NCBI RefSeq assembly: GCF_009914755.1
Contig: NC_060926.1
Length of the DNA stretch: 64,000 nucleotides
Strand: one strand, 5' to 3'
DNA from: the human T2T-CHM13v2.0 reference genome, Homo sapiens
Positions 24,660-38,592 of this stretch are shown here, piece by piece. The translations under genes and the position numbers were made by a program. The notes under the pieces are model-generated. The model was not told the DNA's origin, did not search any database, and saw nothing but the letters and a program-made list of their open reading frames with translations. Each line of letters begins with the position of its first letter. Within the stretch, counting starts at the first letter, position 1.

Positions 24660-26193
24660 GTAAGCGGAGCTGGGCAGCCCAGCCACGCAAGGCGACTCCA
24701 TAGCCGTGCCCAGGGCCACCCCTTGCCACGGTTGCGGGCTCTGCCCTAAGGCCCCCCTCTAGGGGCACAGCGATATCCCTCCTCTCTCCAACTTGGCTTT
24801 CCCCCTTCACCACCTTGGGCCTCACATGGAACCTATCTTGTCCAGGTCCCATTCTGCTCTGACCAGGCTCCTGCTGGGTGTGTGGCAGCACGCTGGGTGA
24901 CAGGGATGCCGCCCTGTACGGTGGGCCTGCACAGGGCGGGGGTGGCCCCTGCAAGTCTGCCTTTCCAGCCAGCACCCAAGTGCCACTGCCAGCCCCCACT
25001 CCTCTGTCCTGTCTCTGCATCCCCACCCCTCTGGCGTCCACTCCTTTTGTTCTAACCACCTGTTCTTTGTCTCCATCTCTTTTTCCTGACTGTACCTCCC
25101 CTAAGGATAGACGGTACTGAGGTGAGCCAAGGAGCTGGGCATGTGTGGGTGGGCTGGGGGAGTGAGGGTGGCTGGGGAGCCGGTCCATGCTGCTGCCTGG
25201 CAGAGACTCACCTGTCAGTCTAGGCCTCCTAGGCCCAGGCAGGTGGGCCCGGACAGGCACACGGCAGGGCACTGCAGGTGGGGCCATTGGCCTTGGCAGC
25301 CGGAGTGGAACTGGCAGGTGTGGGGAGCAGGGGCGCCAGGCTGTATCAGGGACAGAGTGACAGGGAGGCATGCGTCTAGGCTACAGAAGGTCCTGAGGGT
25401 CAAACAGAAAAATGTGGGTGGCGCCATGGACAACACCTAGAAGGTCCCTGCTCCCATTAAGCCTGTGTCCTCATGGGAAGGAAGATCATGCCTTCCCAAG
25501 AAAGCTGGAATTTGGGGCCATTTGGCCTAACAATGAGCCCAGAGGTGGTGGTGCATCTGGTGCAAGCCTCATCTGGGCCCAGATCCGAGTTCTGTGGATG
25601 TCGTCCGAGTGGATGTTGTCCGAGTTCTGTGGCATTCTGCACTGTGTACATGTGCCATGAGCTCCCTGCCCCACTCTACCTAACCCAGAGGGAAGACTGT
25701 TTTGGGGTGGCCCTTTACACAAGGGCTGCATCCCACAGGTCCCCCTCCTGGTCATCCTTTCCCTTTCCCACAACCTGCCCCTGGCCTTTTGAGATCATCC
25801 TGTCTGGTTGAAGCCACCAAGTCAGCAGGCTTCATTCCTCACCTCATCAGGGTACATGGCTGTTGGTGGGAGTGTTTAAGTGCCTTCCTTTGTGCCATAC
25901 TGGGTGCCTTCTGCACGCTGCGTGCTGTCCACCCACCCACTAACTCTGCACCGGAATCAGTTCAGGTCCATCTCATAGTTGGGGAAGCCAAGGTTAAGAG
26001 AAGTGAAGTGACTTGACCGTTTTAAGCAAACAGACTCATGACGCTTTACGTGCTCCTCCGCAAGGCAGCTTCCTTCCCTCACCCTCAGCCCCTCAGGGTG
26101 GGCGAGGGTGTGGTGCCTGTGCAGGCCTAGAGGCAGGACCAGGTGGAATCTGATACCCTCTGAGTCTGAGCCTTCTTGCCTCGTCCCCTGCAG

Positions 26194-26530
26194 CTGTGTC
26201 AGTCCAGCCCCGGGGCCCAGTCGTCCTGCAGCAGCGAGCCCTCTCCTCTGGGCAGTGCCCCCAACAATGACAGTGGCGTGGAGATGCCGGGGACGGGGCC
26301 CGGGAGCCTGGGAGACCTGACGGCACTGGATGACACACCCCCAGGGGCCGACACCTCAGCCCTGGCTGCCCCCTCCGCTGGTGGCCTCCAGCTGCGCAAA
26401 CACATGACCACCATGCACCGGTTCGAGCAGCTCAAGAAGGAGAAGCTCAAGTCACTCAAGGATTCCTGCTCATGGGCCGGGCCGACTCCACACACGCGGA
26501 ACACCAAGCTGCCTCCCCTCCCGGGAAGTG
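26194..26530 (+). CDS. GLI2: GLI2 coding exon (LCQSSPGAQSSCSSEPSP...NDSGVEM...KLPPLPGS), includes DSGVEM motif at 26269-26286
   Basis: cccctgcag|CTGTGT...AGTG|gtgagt; 337 bp, phase 0-1. Confidence 0.97.
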
Positions 26531-27865
26531 GTGAGTAAAGGCCTGGGGTTTGCAGATGGGGCAGGAGAGAGTCTGGGGCAGCACCAACTAGGCTGGCACC
26601 CACCAAGCACCAGTGCTATCTCACCGGATTCCTACAGGATCTTACCAGCCCAGTACAGAAAAGGAAACTGAGGCTCAGAGAGGTGAAATGCCTTACCCAA
26701 ATCAATGGCAGGGGTGAGATTAGCCAAAGGCCATGCTCTTTCAACTGCACCATTCTGAGTCCTTATAACCCCCCAAAACAAGCAGACCCTGCGCACATCA
26801 TCCTCTTCCTCACCCATTCATTCCTTCACTGATGAGGCACTTGCTGTGGGCACCATGGCAAAGGCCCTAGGCAGGAGAGCCATTTAATTCCAGTCCCAAA
26901 GGAGCGTATGGTTAGAAGGCTGTGCCACCAGATTCACACTCTACTGCAGAACGAGCCAGGTACCACCAAAGCCAGAGCTTAGGGTAGAGCTGTGCAGAGG
27001 AAGGAGAAAGCACATTGAGCTGGGGATGAGCAGGGAGGACTTCATGGCGGAGGCAGCACTGTGCTCAGTCTCAAGAGGTGTTGGCCAGGCTCTGAGATGG
27101 AAGGCGTCTTTAACGAGCATGTCTTGGGTACTGACTCTGTGCCTAGGATTGTGCCGGGCTGCCCACTGTGGTCAACACTGATGTACCACCTGCTCTCACT
27201 TGAAGGGAGGATTTGTTGTCCCAACTTGTGGGGACTACTGGCAAATGGCCTTGAACTCTCAGCCCCCTACAGGGATGTCCTGGGTTGCAGACAGATGCCC
27301 CACCCAAGGTCACCCCTTCCCAGCAGCTCCGCATGCAATGACTGGTCACTGCAGGAGTGTAAAGGCCCAGCCATCAAGATGAGGCTCAGAGAGGTGCCCA
27401 ACTCAGGGCAGCACTGAAGAGCCATTGGGGGTCCTGGGCTCCCTGTGAGATCATCCTGGGCTCACGTCTCCTCTGCCCACTCTTGCAGCCTGTCTTTCCT
27501 TCCATGGGTATGGACCTCAGGGTACTCCCTGTAATAACCTGCTCCTTAAACTCCATCTCAGGGACGCCTAGGTGGCACCACCTCCACAGACTGTGAGGGT
27601 ACTGTGCCAGGAGACCAACCTGGGCCTTCCTGAGTTGCTCATCCCCTCCTCTGCGTAACTCAGTCCTACGGAGAGGCACATTTATCTACAGCTAGAGAAA
27701 CTGAGGGCCAGAGAAAGGAGAATTCAAGGCCAGACAGATAATGGTAAAGTGAAGATAGGGACTTAGGCCTCCTGGCTTCCCCTCGCCCACCCTTAGCAAT
27801 AAGTGCCACCATTTGTTTACATATTGCTTTTTCCTTCCCCTTTTTAATTGAAAAACCATCTGCTC

Positions 27866-27990
27866 ACTGGGCACGGTGGCCCACGTATGCCCTAGCTACT
27901 CCAGAGTCTGAGGAGGGAGGATCCCTTGAGCCCAGGAGTTCAAGGCCAGCCTGGGAAATCCTGTCTCTAAAAAGAGAAAGAGAGAAAGAA
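27866..27990 (+). mobile_element. Alu monomer (FLAM-like)
   Basis: ctgggcacggtggc..gaggatcccttgagcccaggagttcaaggccagcctggg then A-rich tail. Confidence 0.85.
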
Positions 27991-28099
27991 AGCATGCATC
28001 TCCTGAGTGCGCTGTGTTGCAAGCCCTCTTCTCGGGCTCCAGGCCCAGTGCGATGACTGAGCACGGTCAAAGCAAGCAGCCACCCACCCTTGTCCCGGT

Positions 28100-29100
28100 G
28101 CTGACCCCTCTGCTCTCCCGCAGGCTCCATCCTGGAAAACTTCAGTGGCAGTGGGGGCGGCGGGCCCGCGGGGCTGCTGCCGAACCCGCGGCTGTCGGAG
28201 CTGTCCGCGAGCGAGGTGACCATGCTGAGCCAGCTGCAGGAGCGCCGCGACAGCTCCACCAGCACGGTCAGCTCGGCCTACACCGTGAGCCGCCGCTCCT
28301 CCGGCATCTCCCCCTACTTCTCCAGCCGCCGCTCCAGCGAGGCCTCGCCCCTGGGCGCCGGCCGCCCGCACAACGCGAGCTCCGCTGACTCCTACGACCC
28401 CATCTCCACGGACGCGTCGCGGCGCTCGAGCGAGGCCAGCCAGTGCAGCGGCGGCTCCGGGCTGCTCAACCTCACGCCGGCGCAGCAGTACAGCCTGCGG
28501 GCCAAGTACGCGGCAGCCACTGGCGGCCCCCCGCCCACTCCGCTGCCGGGCCTGGAGCGCATGAGCCTGCGGACCAGGCTGGCGCTGCTGGACGCGCCCG
28601 AGCGCACGCTGCCCGCCGGCTGCCCACGCCCACTGGGGCCGCGGCGTGGCAGCGACGGGCCGACCTATGGCCACGGCCACGCGGGGGCTGCGCCCGCCTT
28701 CCCCCACGAGGCTCCAGGCGGCGGAGCCAGGCGGGCCAGCGACCCTGTGCGGCGGCCCGATGCCCTGTCCCTGCCGCGGGTGCAGCGCTTCCACAGCACC
28801 CACAACGTGAACCCCGGCCCGCTGCCGCCCTGTGCCGACAGGCGAGGCCTCCGCCTGCAGAGCCACCCGAGCACCGACGGCGGCCTGGCCCGCGGCGCCT
28901 ACTCGCCCCGGCCGCCTAGCATCAGCGAGAACGTGGCGATGGAGGCCGTGGCGGCAGGAGTGGACGGCGCGGGGCCCGAGGCCGACCTGGGGCTGCCGGA
29001 GGACGACCTGGTGCTTCCAGACGACGTGGTGCAGTACATCAAGGCGCACGCCAGTGGCGCTCTGGACGAGGGCACCGGGCAGGTGTATCCCACGGAAAGC
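28100..29100. promoter_or_regulatory. Intragenic CpG island over the 5' part of the last exon
   Basis: Very high GC and dense CpG by inspection. Confidence 0.85.
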
Positions 29101-30591
29101 ACTGGCTTCTCTGACAACCCCAGACTACCCAGCCCGGGGCTGCACGGCCAGCGCAGGATGGTGGCTGCGGACTCCAACGTGGGCCCCTCCGCCCCTATGC
29201 TGGGAGGATGCCAGTTAGGCTTTGGGGCGCCCTCCAGCCTGAACAAAAATAACATGCCTGTGCAGTGGAATGAGGTGAGCTCCGGCACCGTAGACTCCCT
29301 GGCCAGCCAGGTGAAGCCTCCACCCTTTCCTCAGGGCAACCTGGCGGTGGTGCAGCAGAAGCCTGCCTTTGGCCAGTACCCGGGCTACAGTCCGCAAGGC
29401 CTACAGGCTAGCCCTGGGGGCCTGGACAGCACGCAGCCACACCTGCAGCCCCGCAGCGGAGCCCCCTCCCAGGGCATCCCCAGGGTAAACTACATGCAGC
29501 AGCTGCGACAGCCAGTGGCAGGCAGCCAGTGTCCTGGCATGACTACCACTATGAGCCCCCATGCCTGCTATGGCCAAGTCCACCCCCAGCTGAGCCCCAG
29601 CACCATCAGTGGGGCCCTCAACCAGTTCCCCCAATCCTGCAGCAACATGCCAGCCAAGCCAGGGCATCTGGGGCACCCTCAGCAGACAGAAGTGGCACCT
29701 GACCCCACCACGATGGGCAATCGCCACAGGGAACTTGGGGTCCCCAATTCAGCCCTGGCTGGAGTGCCGCCACCTCACCCAGTCCAGAGCTACCCACAGC
29801 AGAGCCATCACCTGGCAGCCTCCATGAGCCAGGAGGGCTACCACCAGGTCCCCAGCCTTCTGCCTGCCCGCCAGCCTGGCTTCATGGAGCCCCAAACAGG
29901 CCCGATGGGGGTGGCTACAGCAGGCTTTGGCCTAGTGCAGCCCCGGCCTCCCCTCGAGCCCAGCCCCACTGGCCGCCACCGTGGGGTACGTGCTGTGCAG
30001 CAGCAGCTGGCCTACGCCAGGGCCACAGGCCATGCCATGGCTGCCATGCCGTCCAGTCAGGAAACAGCAGAGGCTGTGCCCAAGGGAGCGATGGGCAACA
30101 TGGGGTCGGTGCCTCCCCAGCCGCCTCCGCAGGACGCAGGTGGGGCCCCGGACCACAGCATGCTCTACTACTACGGCCAGATCCACATGTACGAACAGGA
30201 TGGAGGCCTGGAGAACCTCGGGAGCTGCCAGGTCATGCGGTCCCAGCCACCACAGCCACAGGCCTGTCAGGACAGCATCCAGCCCCAGCCCTTGCCCTCA
30301 CCAGGGGTCAACCAGGTGTCCAGCACTGTGGACTCCCAGCTCCTGGAGGCCCCCCAGATTGACTTCGATGCCATCATGGATGATGGCGATCACTCGAGTT
30401 TGTTCTCGGGTGCTCTGAGCCCCAGCCTCCTCCACAGCCTCTCCCAGAACTCCTCCCGCCTCACCACCCCCCGAAACTCCTTGACCCTGCCCTCCATCCC
30501 CGCAGGCATCAGCAACATGGCTGTCGGGGACATGAGCTCCATGCTCACCAGCCTCGCCGAGGAGAGCAAGTTCCTGAACATGATGACCTAG
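28124..30591 (+). CDS. GLI2: GLI2 terminal coding exon: six RRxS PKA sites, DSYDPIS degron-like motif, C-terminal activation region; stop TAG at 30589-30591
   Basis: ctcccgcag|GCTCCATC; 791-aa ORF 28216-30591 in the ORF track continues this frame; ends EESKFLNMMT*. Confidence 0.98.
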
Positions 30592-31920
30592 AGGCCCGAG
30601 CGCCTGGTGCTGAGTGCACCCGGAGGGGTCATCGCTGCCCAGAGCCTGGGGATTCCAGCTGTCTTGTCTTTTTCCAAAAAAGTGTTAAATAGGCTTGAGG
30701 GGTTGTTGCGCAATGGCCGCTTCAGATGACAGATGTTGTAAGAGAAGGTTTATGGGCATCCTCTCTGGTCTTTTGGATTATTCCTCAGAACAATGAAAAA
30801 AGTCTCCATAGGACAGGAAGGAATGCAAAACTCATTTACACAGTGCTTTCCAGCCTTTGGTGCTTACAGGACCGCGCTGTTCCGGCTTCTTCACGGCTGA
30901 CATTCGGCTAACGAGGGATTACTTTGGCCAAAACCTTTCAAAGGATATGCAGAAAGATGGTAGGGAGCATTTGGGTTTGAATCTGAATGCTATACTGGAT
31001 ACTCTGCTCCGGAAAGATGAGCTTTTTATTCTACTACTTGGAAGGAAAAGGAATTCCTGGTCCACCTGAATTCCTCTATGAAGCCTAACTCTTGAGGTCT
31101 CTAACATACCTTGTCATAGAGGAAAAGCACAGATTATACCTGGATGATTCAGGAGCACATTCTGATTCCAGGTTTGGTAGAGCTGGCTCTTCTACTCCGT
31201 AAAGCCGAGTCTGGGACTGGCAGCCCATCCAAGTGTATATGAATGAATAAAGCATCCAAGTATATATGAATGAATAAAGTATGTAAGTATCACCAGAAAA
31301 AGGAAAGAAAAAATGTACTCCTTGGGGCAAGCCCAGAAGCTGCCCTGGCCTCTCCAGACCGTGTTTACAGTGTTTGCATGTAGAATGTAGCCCTTCCTGA
31401 AAAGAACACTTGTTTCTAAATACCTCGGGGCTGCTGGAGCCGCTGTGGGTTAGGGATGGACTGAGGCCTCGAGGAGTGAGGGTGCACCCGGGGCCCAGCC
31501 TCAGGCTGCCCTAGGGATCTCTCAGTAGGAAGAGGAAGTTGCGTGTTTACCCAATCCTGTTTCTCCAATGCAACGTCCACCCACTTTACCACCAAAAACT
31601 CCAGGGCCTGACGGCAGCCCGGTCCCCCAGCACTCACCAGCAGCCCAGTGTTCTCCACCAAGCCACAGTGTGCATGCCTGGTATCCTCCGGATTCCCTTC
31701 CTTCTGCCCGCTGAGTCACTGGGCAGAGAATGATGACATGTGTAGGTGGTGTGGTTGGGGGTGGAAAGGGGAAGGGGTTGATCCTCAGGACTCTGAGGGA
31801 GCATCGTTGAATTTTCCTGTTCAGTGTGACCAAGACCCACCTGGAAATGGAATTTGGAACTGGCTTCAGGAGACATCATTCCTGAACACACTGTAGGGTG
31901 AATTGGTGCATCTTCCCCAC

Positions 31921-31923
<3 letters not shown>

Positions 31924-31969
<46 letters not shown>
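31924..31969. repeat. (CA)n microsatellite in the GLI2 3' UTR
   Basis: About 23 CA units. Confidence 0.97.
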
Positions 31970-31971
<2 letters not shown>

Positions 31972-32372
31972 CAAACCTTTTCATGGGGAATGTGTGGCAA
32001 CCTTGCCAAACAGCACCACTCAGAGTGTGACTCTGACTGTGACCTTGGCCTTAATGAGGAACTTCTTAGGAGAGTTTGAGGACAAGGCCAACATCGTCAT
32101 CTGGGCTCGCTGCGTCCCAGCACATCAAACTCTGTCCAGAGACAAGGCCAACTGCAAATGAAAGCCAGGGAACATTGCTAAGGGTCTGTGGCTCTGTGGT
32201 GGTGTTCATCGCCTTCCTGAGATAGGATTTCCCTTGCCAGTCCCAACCTGTATATATTCTGTACAGAAGACATCCCTGAATATACTGTAGGTGAGTCGTC
32301 CAGCCAAATTTATATCTCCAAAACATTTTTAGCTTTTTCTACATGCTATGAATTGAGATGACATGCTCAACT

Positions 32373-32420
32373 TGTAAATAAGTCTTTTTGTACATTAAAA
32401 AAGTAATTTTTTCATAATTT
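32373..32420 (+). terminator. Distal polyadenylation signal region
   Basis: ATTAAA at 32394-32399 with upstream TGTA elements (32373, 32389) and U-rich downstream sequence. Confidence 0.65.
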
Positions 32421-33659
32421 ATCTTGTCTATCTGCTTCCCCCTTGACAGTAGTTAATGAGAACCTGGGCAGTAAATTTGGTGCATTCGAGCAGAAATTAG
32501 GCTGTATTTTTTCTTAACAGTGTCAAAATTGACTATCCCGCCTTTGCCAAGAAATGTTTAATGCTGAGGCATTTACTGGCTGTTTGTTTGTTGTCTCCTT
32601 GGGGCCGGGCAGGGTTTGACATTTCACAGTGAATATCTGACTGCTCTTCCGGTGAGCCACTCTGAACATCTATATGCATTGCAGACCGGGGTATAGACCC
32701 AAACACTCCTAGGGTCAGAACCCTCCCTTTGGTGGGCCCTCTGATGGAGCATATTTCATCAGGGTGGGGCGGGGTGAGATGGGCAAACCCCCAAGGCTCT
32801 GGTGCAGGTAGAAGGAGTCAGGGCAGGCAGGTGGCACCTCCAGGATGCCCAGCAGTTGGCCTTGGCAAAGGGGCCCATGGGGAGCAACCACGAGCAGGGG
32901 CTCTGAGCTCTAGGGGGCCGCCCAGCAGGTGGACAGGGAAAGCCTGGGTCCAGTGGGCAGACAGTCAGCTGTTGGCCCCTACAGTAAACCTCAGGGAGCC
33001 CTTGAATGAGTCATGAGGCCCCATCTGGGGGTAGGGCCAGAGACGGAGCAGGGAGCAGAGCCCCAGGACTGAACTAGAGGGGAAGAGGGCACTTTCTAAG
33101 GGCCAGGCACCCGGGCCTCTGAACACCGAGCCCAGAGCCCTTTACCCTCTCCTCTCCAGGAGAGAAGCCTTAGCACGCAGGCTGGGCAGTGTGGACACCA
33201 AAGACACATGGGACATCATCTTTGCCTGGAAGGCATGAGACACATGGACCGGGGAAGGGTTTTGTGGTCAGACACTTGCAGGAAACCCCCAAGGAGAATA
33301 GAATTGAGCAGATTTCCTTTCCGCAGGCATCCCACAGCCTCCACTGTGCATCAGGGAGCCACCACTTCTCTGGCCAACATTTCCTAGTGGAAAGGCCCCT
33401 CTCCTCCCCAAGGAGCAATGTCACTCGGCGAGCTCCCAGGGAGGAAGTAAGCATGCACAGCTCTGCCCTTCCCTCCTCTTCTTTCCAAAGCCCACCTTCG
33501 GGGCTCACACCTTCTCTGCTTCACCACTTGTTAAGCCTCTGGAAGCAGCTCTGCCCTACTTTGTGGAGAGGGTGAGGCCTAATGTTGTTCAGTGCCACCT
33601 GAGGTTGCACGAGCCACAGAATTAAGAGCCCACTGTGGCCATTCAGACGAGCCATCTCC

Positions 33660-36010
<2,351 letters not shown>

Positions 36011-36019
36011 AACAATCCA

Positions 36020-36311
36020 GACCAGGCATAGTGGCACAGGCCTGTAATCCCAGCACTTTGGAAGGCCAAAGGATTGCTTGAGCTCAAGAGTTCAAGATCA
36101 GCCTGGGCAAAATGGTGAAACCCTGTCTTTACAAAAAGAAAACAGCTGGGCATGGTGGCATGCACCTGCAGTCACAGCTACTTGGGAGGCTGAGGTGGGA
36201 GCATTACCTGAGCCCAGGGATGTGGGGACTGCAGTGAGCTGTGACGGCACCACTGCGATTCTAGCCTGGGCAACAGGGTGAGACCCTGTCTCAAAAAAAC
36301 AAACAAACAAA
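36020..36311 (+). mobile_element. AluJ-like
   Basis: Dimeric Alu with (AAAC)n tail. Confidence 0.9.
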
Positions 36312-36420
36312 CATCTAACCTACCACATCCTCAATCCAGCTTTTTTAACAGTAAGACCAACATTGCAACCTCCATCTGTCTGCTGAGTCTGTATTTTAGT
36401 TGGTTCTAAACCCAGAAGAA

Positions 36421-36580
36421 GCCAGGTGTAGTGGTATGTGCCTCTAGTCCCAGCTACTGGGGAGGCTGAGGCAGGAGGATTGCTTGAGCCCAGGAGTTCG
36501 TGGCTGCAGTGATTGGACCACTGTCCTCCAGCCTGGGCAACAGAGTAAGACCCCAGTTCTATAAAATAAAAAATAAATAC
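36421..36580 (+). mobile_element. Alu right monomer (FRAM-like)
   Basis: gccaggtgtagtgg..gaggattgcttgagcccaggagtt..cagcctgggcaacagag then A-rich tail. Confidence 0.85.
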
Positions 36581-36607
36581 AACCAGAAAAGGATAACAGT
36601 AGGGGGG

Positions 36608-36826
36608 TTCCTTTTTCTTCTTCTTTCTTCTTCTTTCTCCTTCTCCTTCTTCTTTCTTCTTCTTCGTCCTCTTTCTCCTCTTCCTCTTCTCCTCCTTCTC
36701 CTCCTTCCCCTCCCCCTCCTTCCCCTCCTCCTTCTCCTTTTCCTCCTCCTTCTCCTTCTTTTGCTTCTTCTTATTCTCTTCTTGTTGTTGTTCTTATTTC
36801 TTTTTCTCTCTCTCTCTCTCTGTTTC
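36608..36826. repeat. ~220-bp polypyrimidine (CTT/CCT/CT) tract
   Basis: Nearly pure C/T on the + strand. Confidence 0.95.
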
Positions 36827-36899
36827 TCGTAGGAGGGAGTGAGCAACTAACGGGGAAGGGATGAAAGATAAGAATGATTTGAATAAGAAAAAATATCTG

Positions 36900-37060
36900 G
36901 CTGGGAGGAGGAGGAGGATCAGGAAAAATAACTGAAGGGTACTAGGCTTAATTGGGTGATTAAATAATCTGTACAACAAACCCCCATGACACAAGTTTAC
37001 CTATGTAACAAACAAGCACTTGTACCCTTGAATTTAAAATAAAAGTTAAAAAAAGAAAAA
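36900..37060 (+). mobile_element. 5'-truncated primate L1 3' end with A-tail
   Basis: ataatctgtacaacaaacccccatgacacaagtttacctatgtaacaaac..aaataaaagttaaaaaa; flanks agaaaaaa(t/g)atctg resemble a TSD. Confidence 0.85.
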
Positions 37061-37974
37061 AGATCTGATTTAGATTTTGAAAGATTAATAGGAGTTCATC
37101 TGAGGGGACTGGAGATTTCTCATCAGAAACCATGAAAGCCAGGAGTAAGTGAAATATTTTTAAAGTGCTGAAAGAAAAGAACTGTCAACCCAGAACTCGT
37201 TATTCATGAAAATATCCTTGGTAAAATAGATACTGTGAGATAAATGGACATTCTCAGATAAAGGAAAACTATGAGGGTTCATTGCCCATAGACCTGCCCT
37301 AGAAGGCAGAAGGGAAGTGATCCCAGAAGGAAACGTGGAGCATCAGGACTGGAGGAAGAGCAGCGGAAGTGGTAAGTGTTTGCAGGAATACAGTAGACTA
37401 CTCCTGCCTCCTGGGTTCTTTAAAATACGTTCAACAGTTAAGAGGAAAAAAGTACAACATTGTTTGATGGAGTTTTCCATGTATGTAGGTGTCACAAAGA
37501 CAAGTATTACATAAGTGGAGAGGATTAAGGACCTGTATGGGGTTCTAGAACTACATTCCACTTGAAGTGGGCAAGTATTCATCTGCAGACTGTGCAAAGT
37601 TATATATATTCTAATCCCTAGTGCAATCAGAAAAAGACCAAACAAACTATACAAAAGGATGTAGGCAAAACCACAATAGAGACATCAAAATGGAATACTA
37701 AAAGCATGTTCAAATAACCCAAAAGAGGGCAAAAAAGAGTAACAGGAATAATAACAACAAAAAGAAGCAACAGAGAAAACAAAGAATGAAATGGTTGACC
37801 TAAATCCAAACATATAAATAATTACATAAAATGAAAACGGCCTAAAAGCCTCAATTAAAAGACACAATAAAGCACTCACACAACCTGCTTTTAAGATGTA
37901 CTGTAAAGCTGGCATCATCAAGACAGGGTGGTATTGGTGATGGGAAGACACAGCTCAATGGAACAGAGCAGAGC

Positions 37975-38592
37975 AGGGTCATGCACTGTAGCCCAAAGGC
38001 AAAATCTGGCTGATATGGTTTGGCTGTGTCCCCACCCAAATCCCATCTTCAATTGTAGTTTCCACAGTCCCCACATGTTGTGGTAGGGACCCGGTGGTTC
38101 CCATAGAGCTAATATAAAATATAAAACCAAAACATTTTATGGTAATTGAATCATAGGAATGGTTATCCCCATGCCGTTCCCATGATAGTGAGTGAGTTCT
38201 TACAAGATCTGATGTTTTTATAAGGGACTTTTCCCCCTTTGCTTGGCACTTCTCTCTCCTGCTGCCTTGTGAAGAAGGAAGTGCCTGCTTCCCCTTCCGC
38301 CATGAGTGTAAGTTTCCTGAGGCATCCCCAGCCATGCCGAACTGTGTATCAATTAAACCTCTTTCCTTTATAAATTACCCAGTCTAGGGTATCTCTTCAT
38401 AGTAGCATGGGAATAGACTAATACACACTGGCCATGGTCTCTTTTTGTATGACCAATGAGCTAATAATGGTTTTTACATTTTTAAAGGGTTTTTTTAAAT
38501 AATAAAAGCATATGAAGCAGAGATCATATGGCCCACAAAGCCTAAAACATTTACTATTTTACCCTTCACAGAAAACATTTGCCAACCCTTGG
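37975..38592. mobile_element. MER58B-like DNA element split by an LTR insertion
   Basis: gcccaaaggcaaaatctggc | LTR | ..gagctaataatggtttttacatttttaaag..ggcccacaaagcctaaaacatttact..tttgccaaccc. Confidence 0.7.
38011..38426 (+). mobile_element. THE1/MSTA-type MaLR solo LTR
   Basis: tgatatggtttggctgtgtccccacccaaat...attaaacctctttccttta..gactaataca; CTGGC on both flanks. Confidence 0.9.

Larger units (their letters stand above)
30592..32570 (+). other. GLI2: GLI2 3' UTR (end approximate)
   Basis: Follows the stop codon; AATAAA at 31246 and 31273, ATTAAA at 32394; AU-rich distal end. Confidence 0.8.

Noticed and set aside
24640-25371. 243-aa minus-strand ORF
   Set aside because: GC-rich intronic sequence with low stop density and no recognisable domain.
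27967-29049. 360-aa antisense ORF
   Set aside because: Shadow frame of GC-rich GLI2 coding sequence, ending in an Alu monomer.
36500-36846. Arg/Lys-rich and Leu-rich ORFs
   Set aside because: Translations of the polypyrimidine tract.
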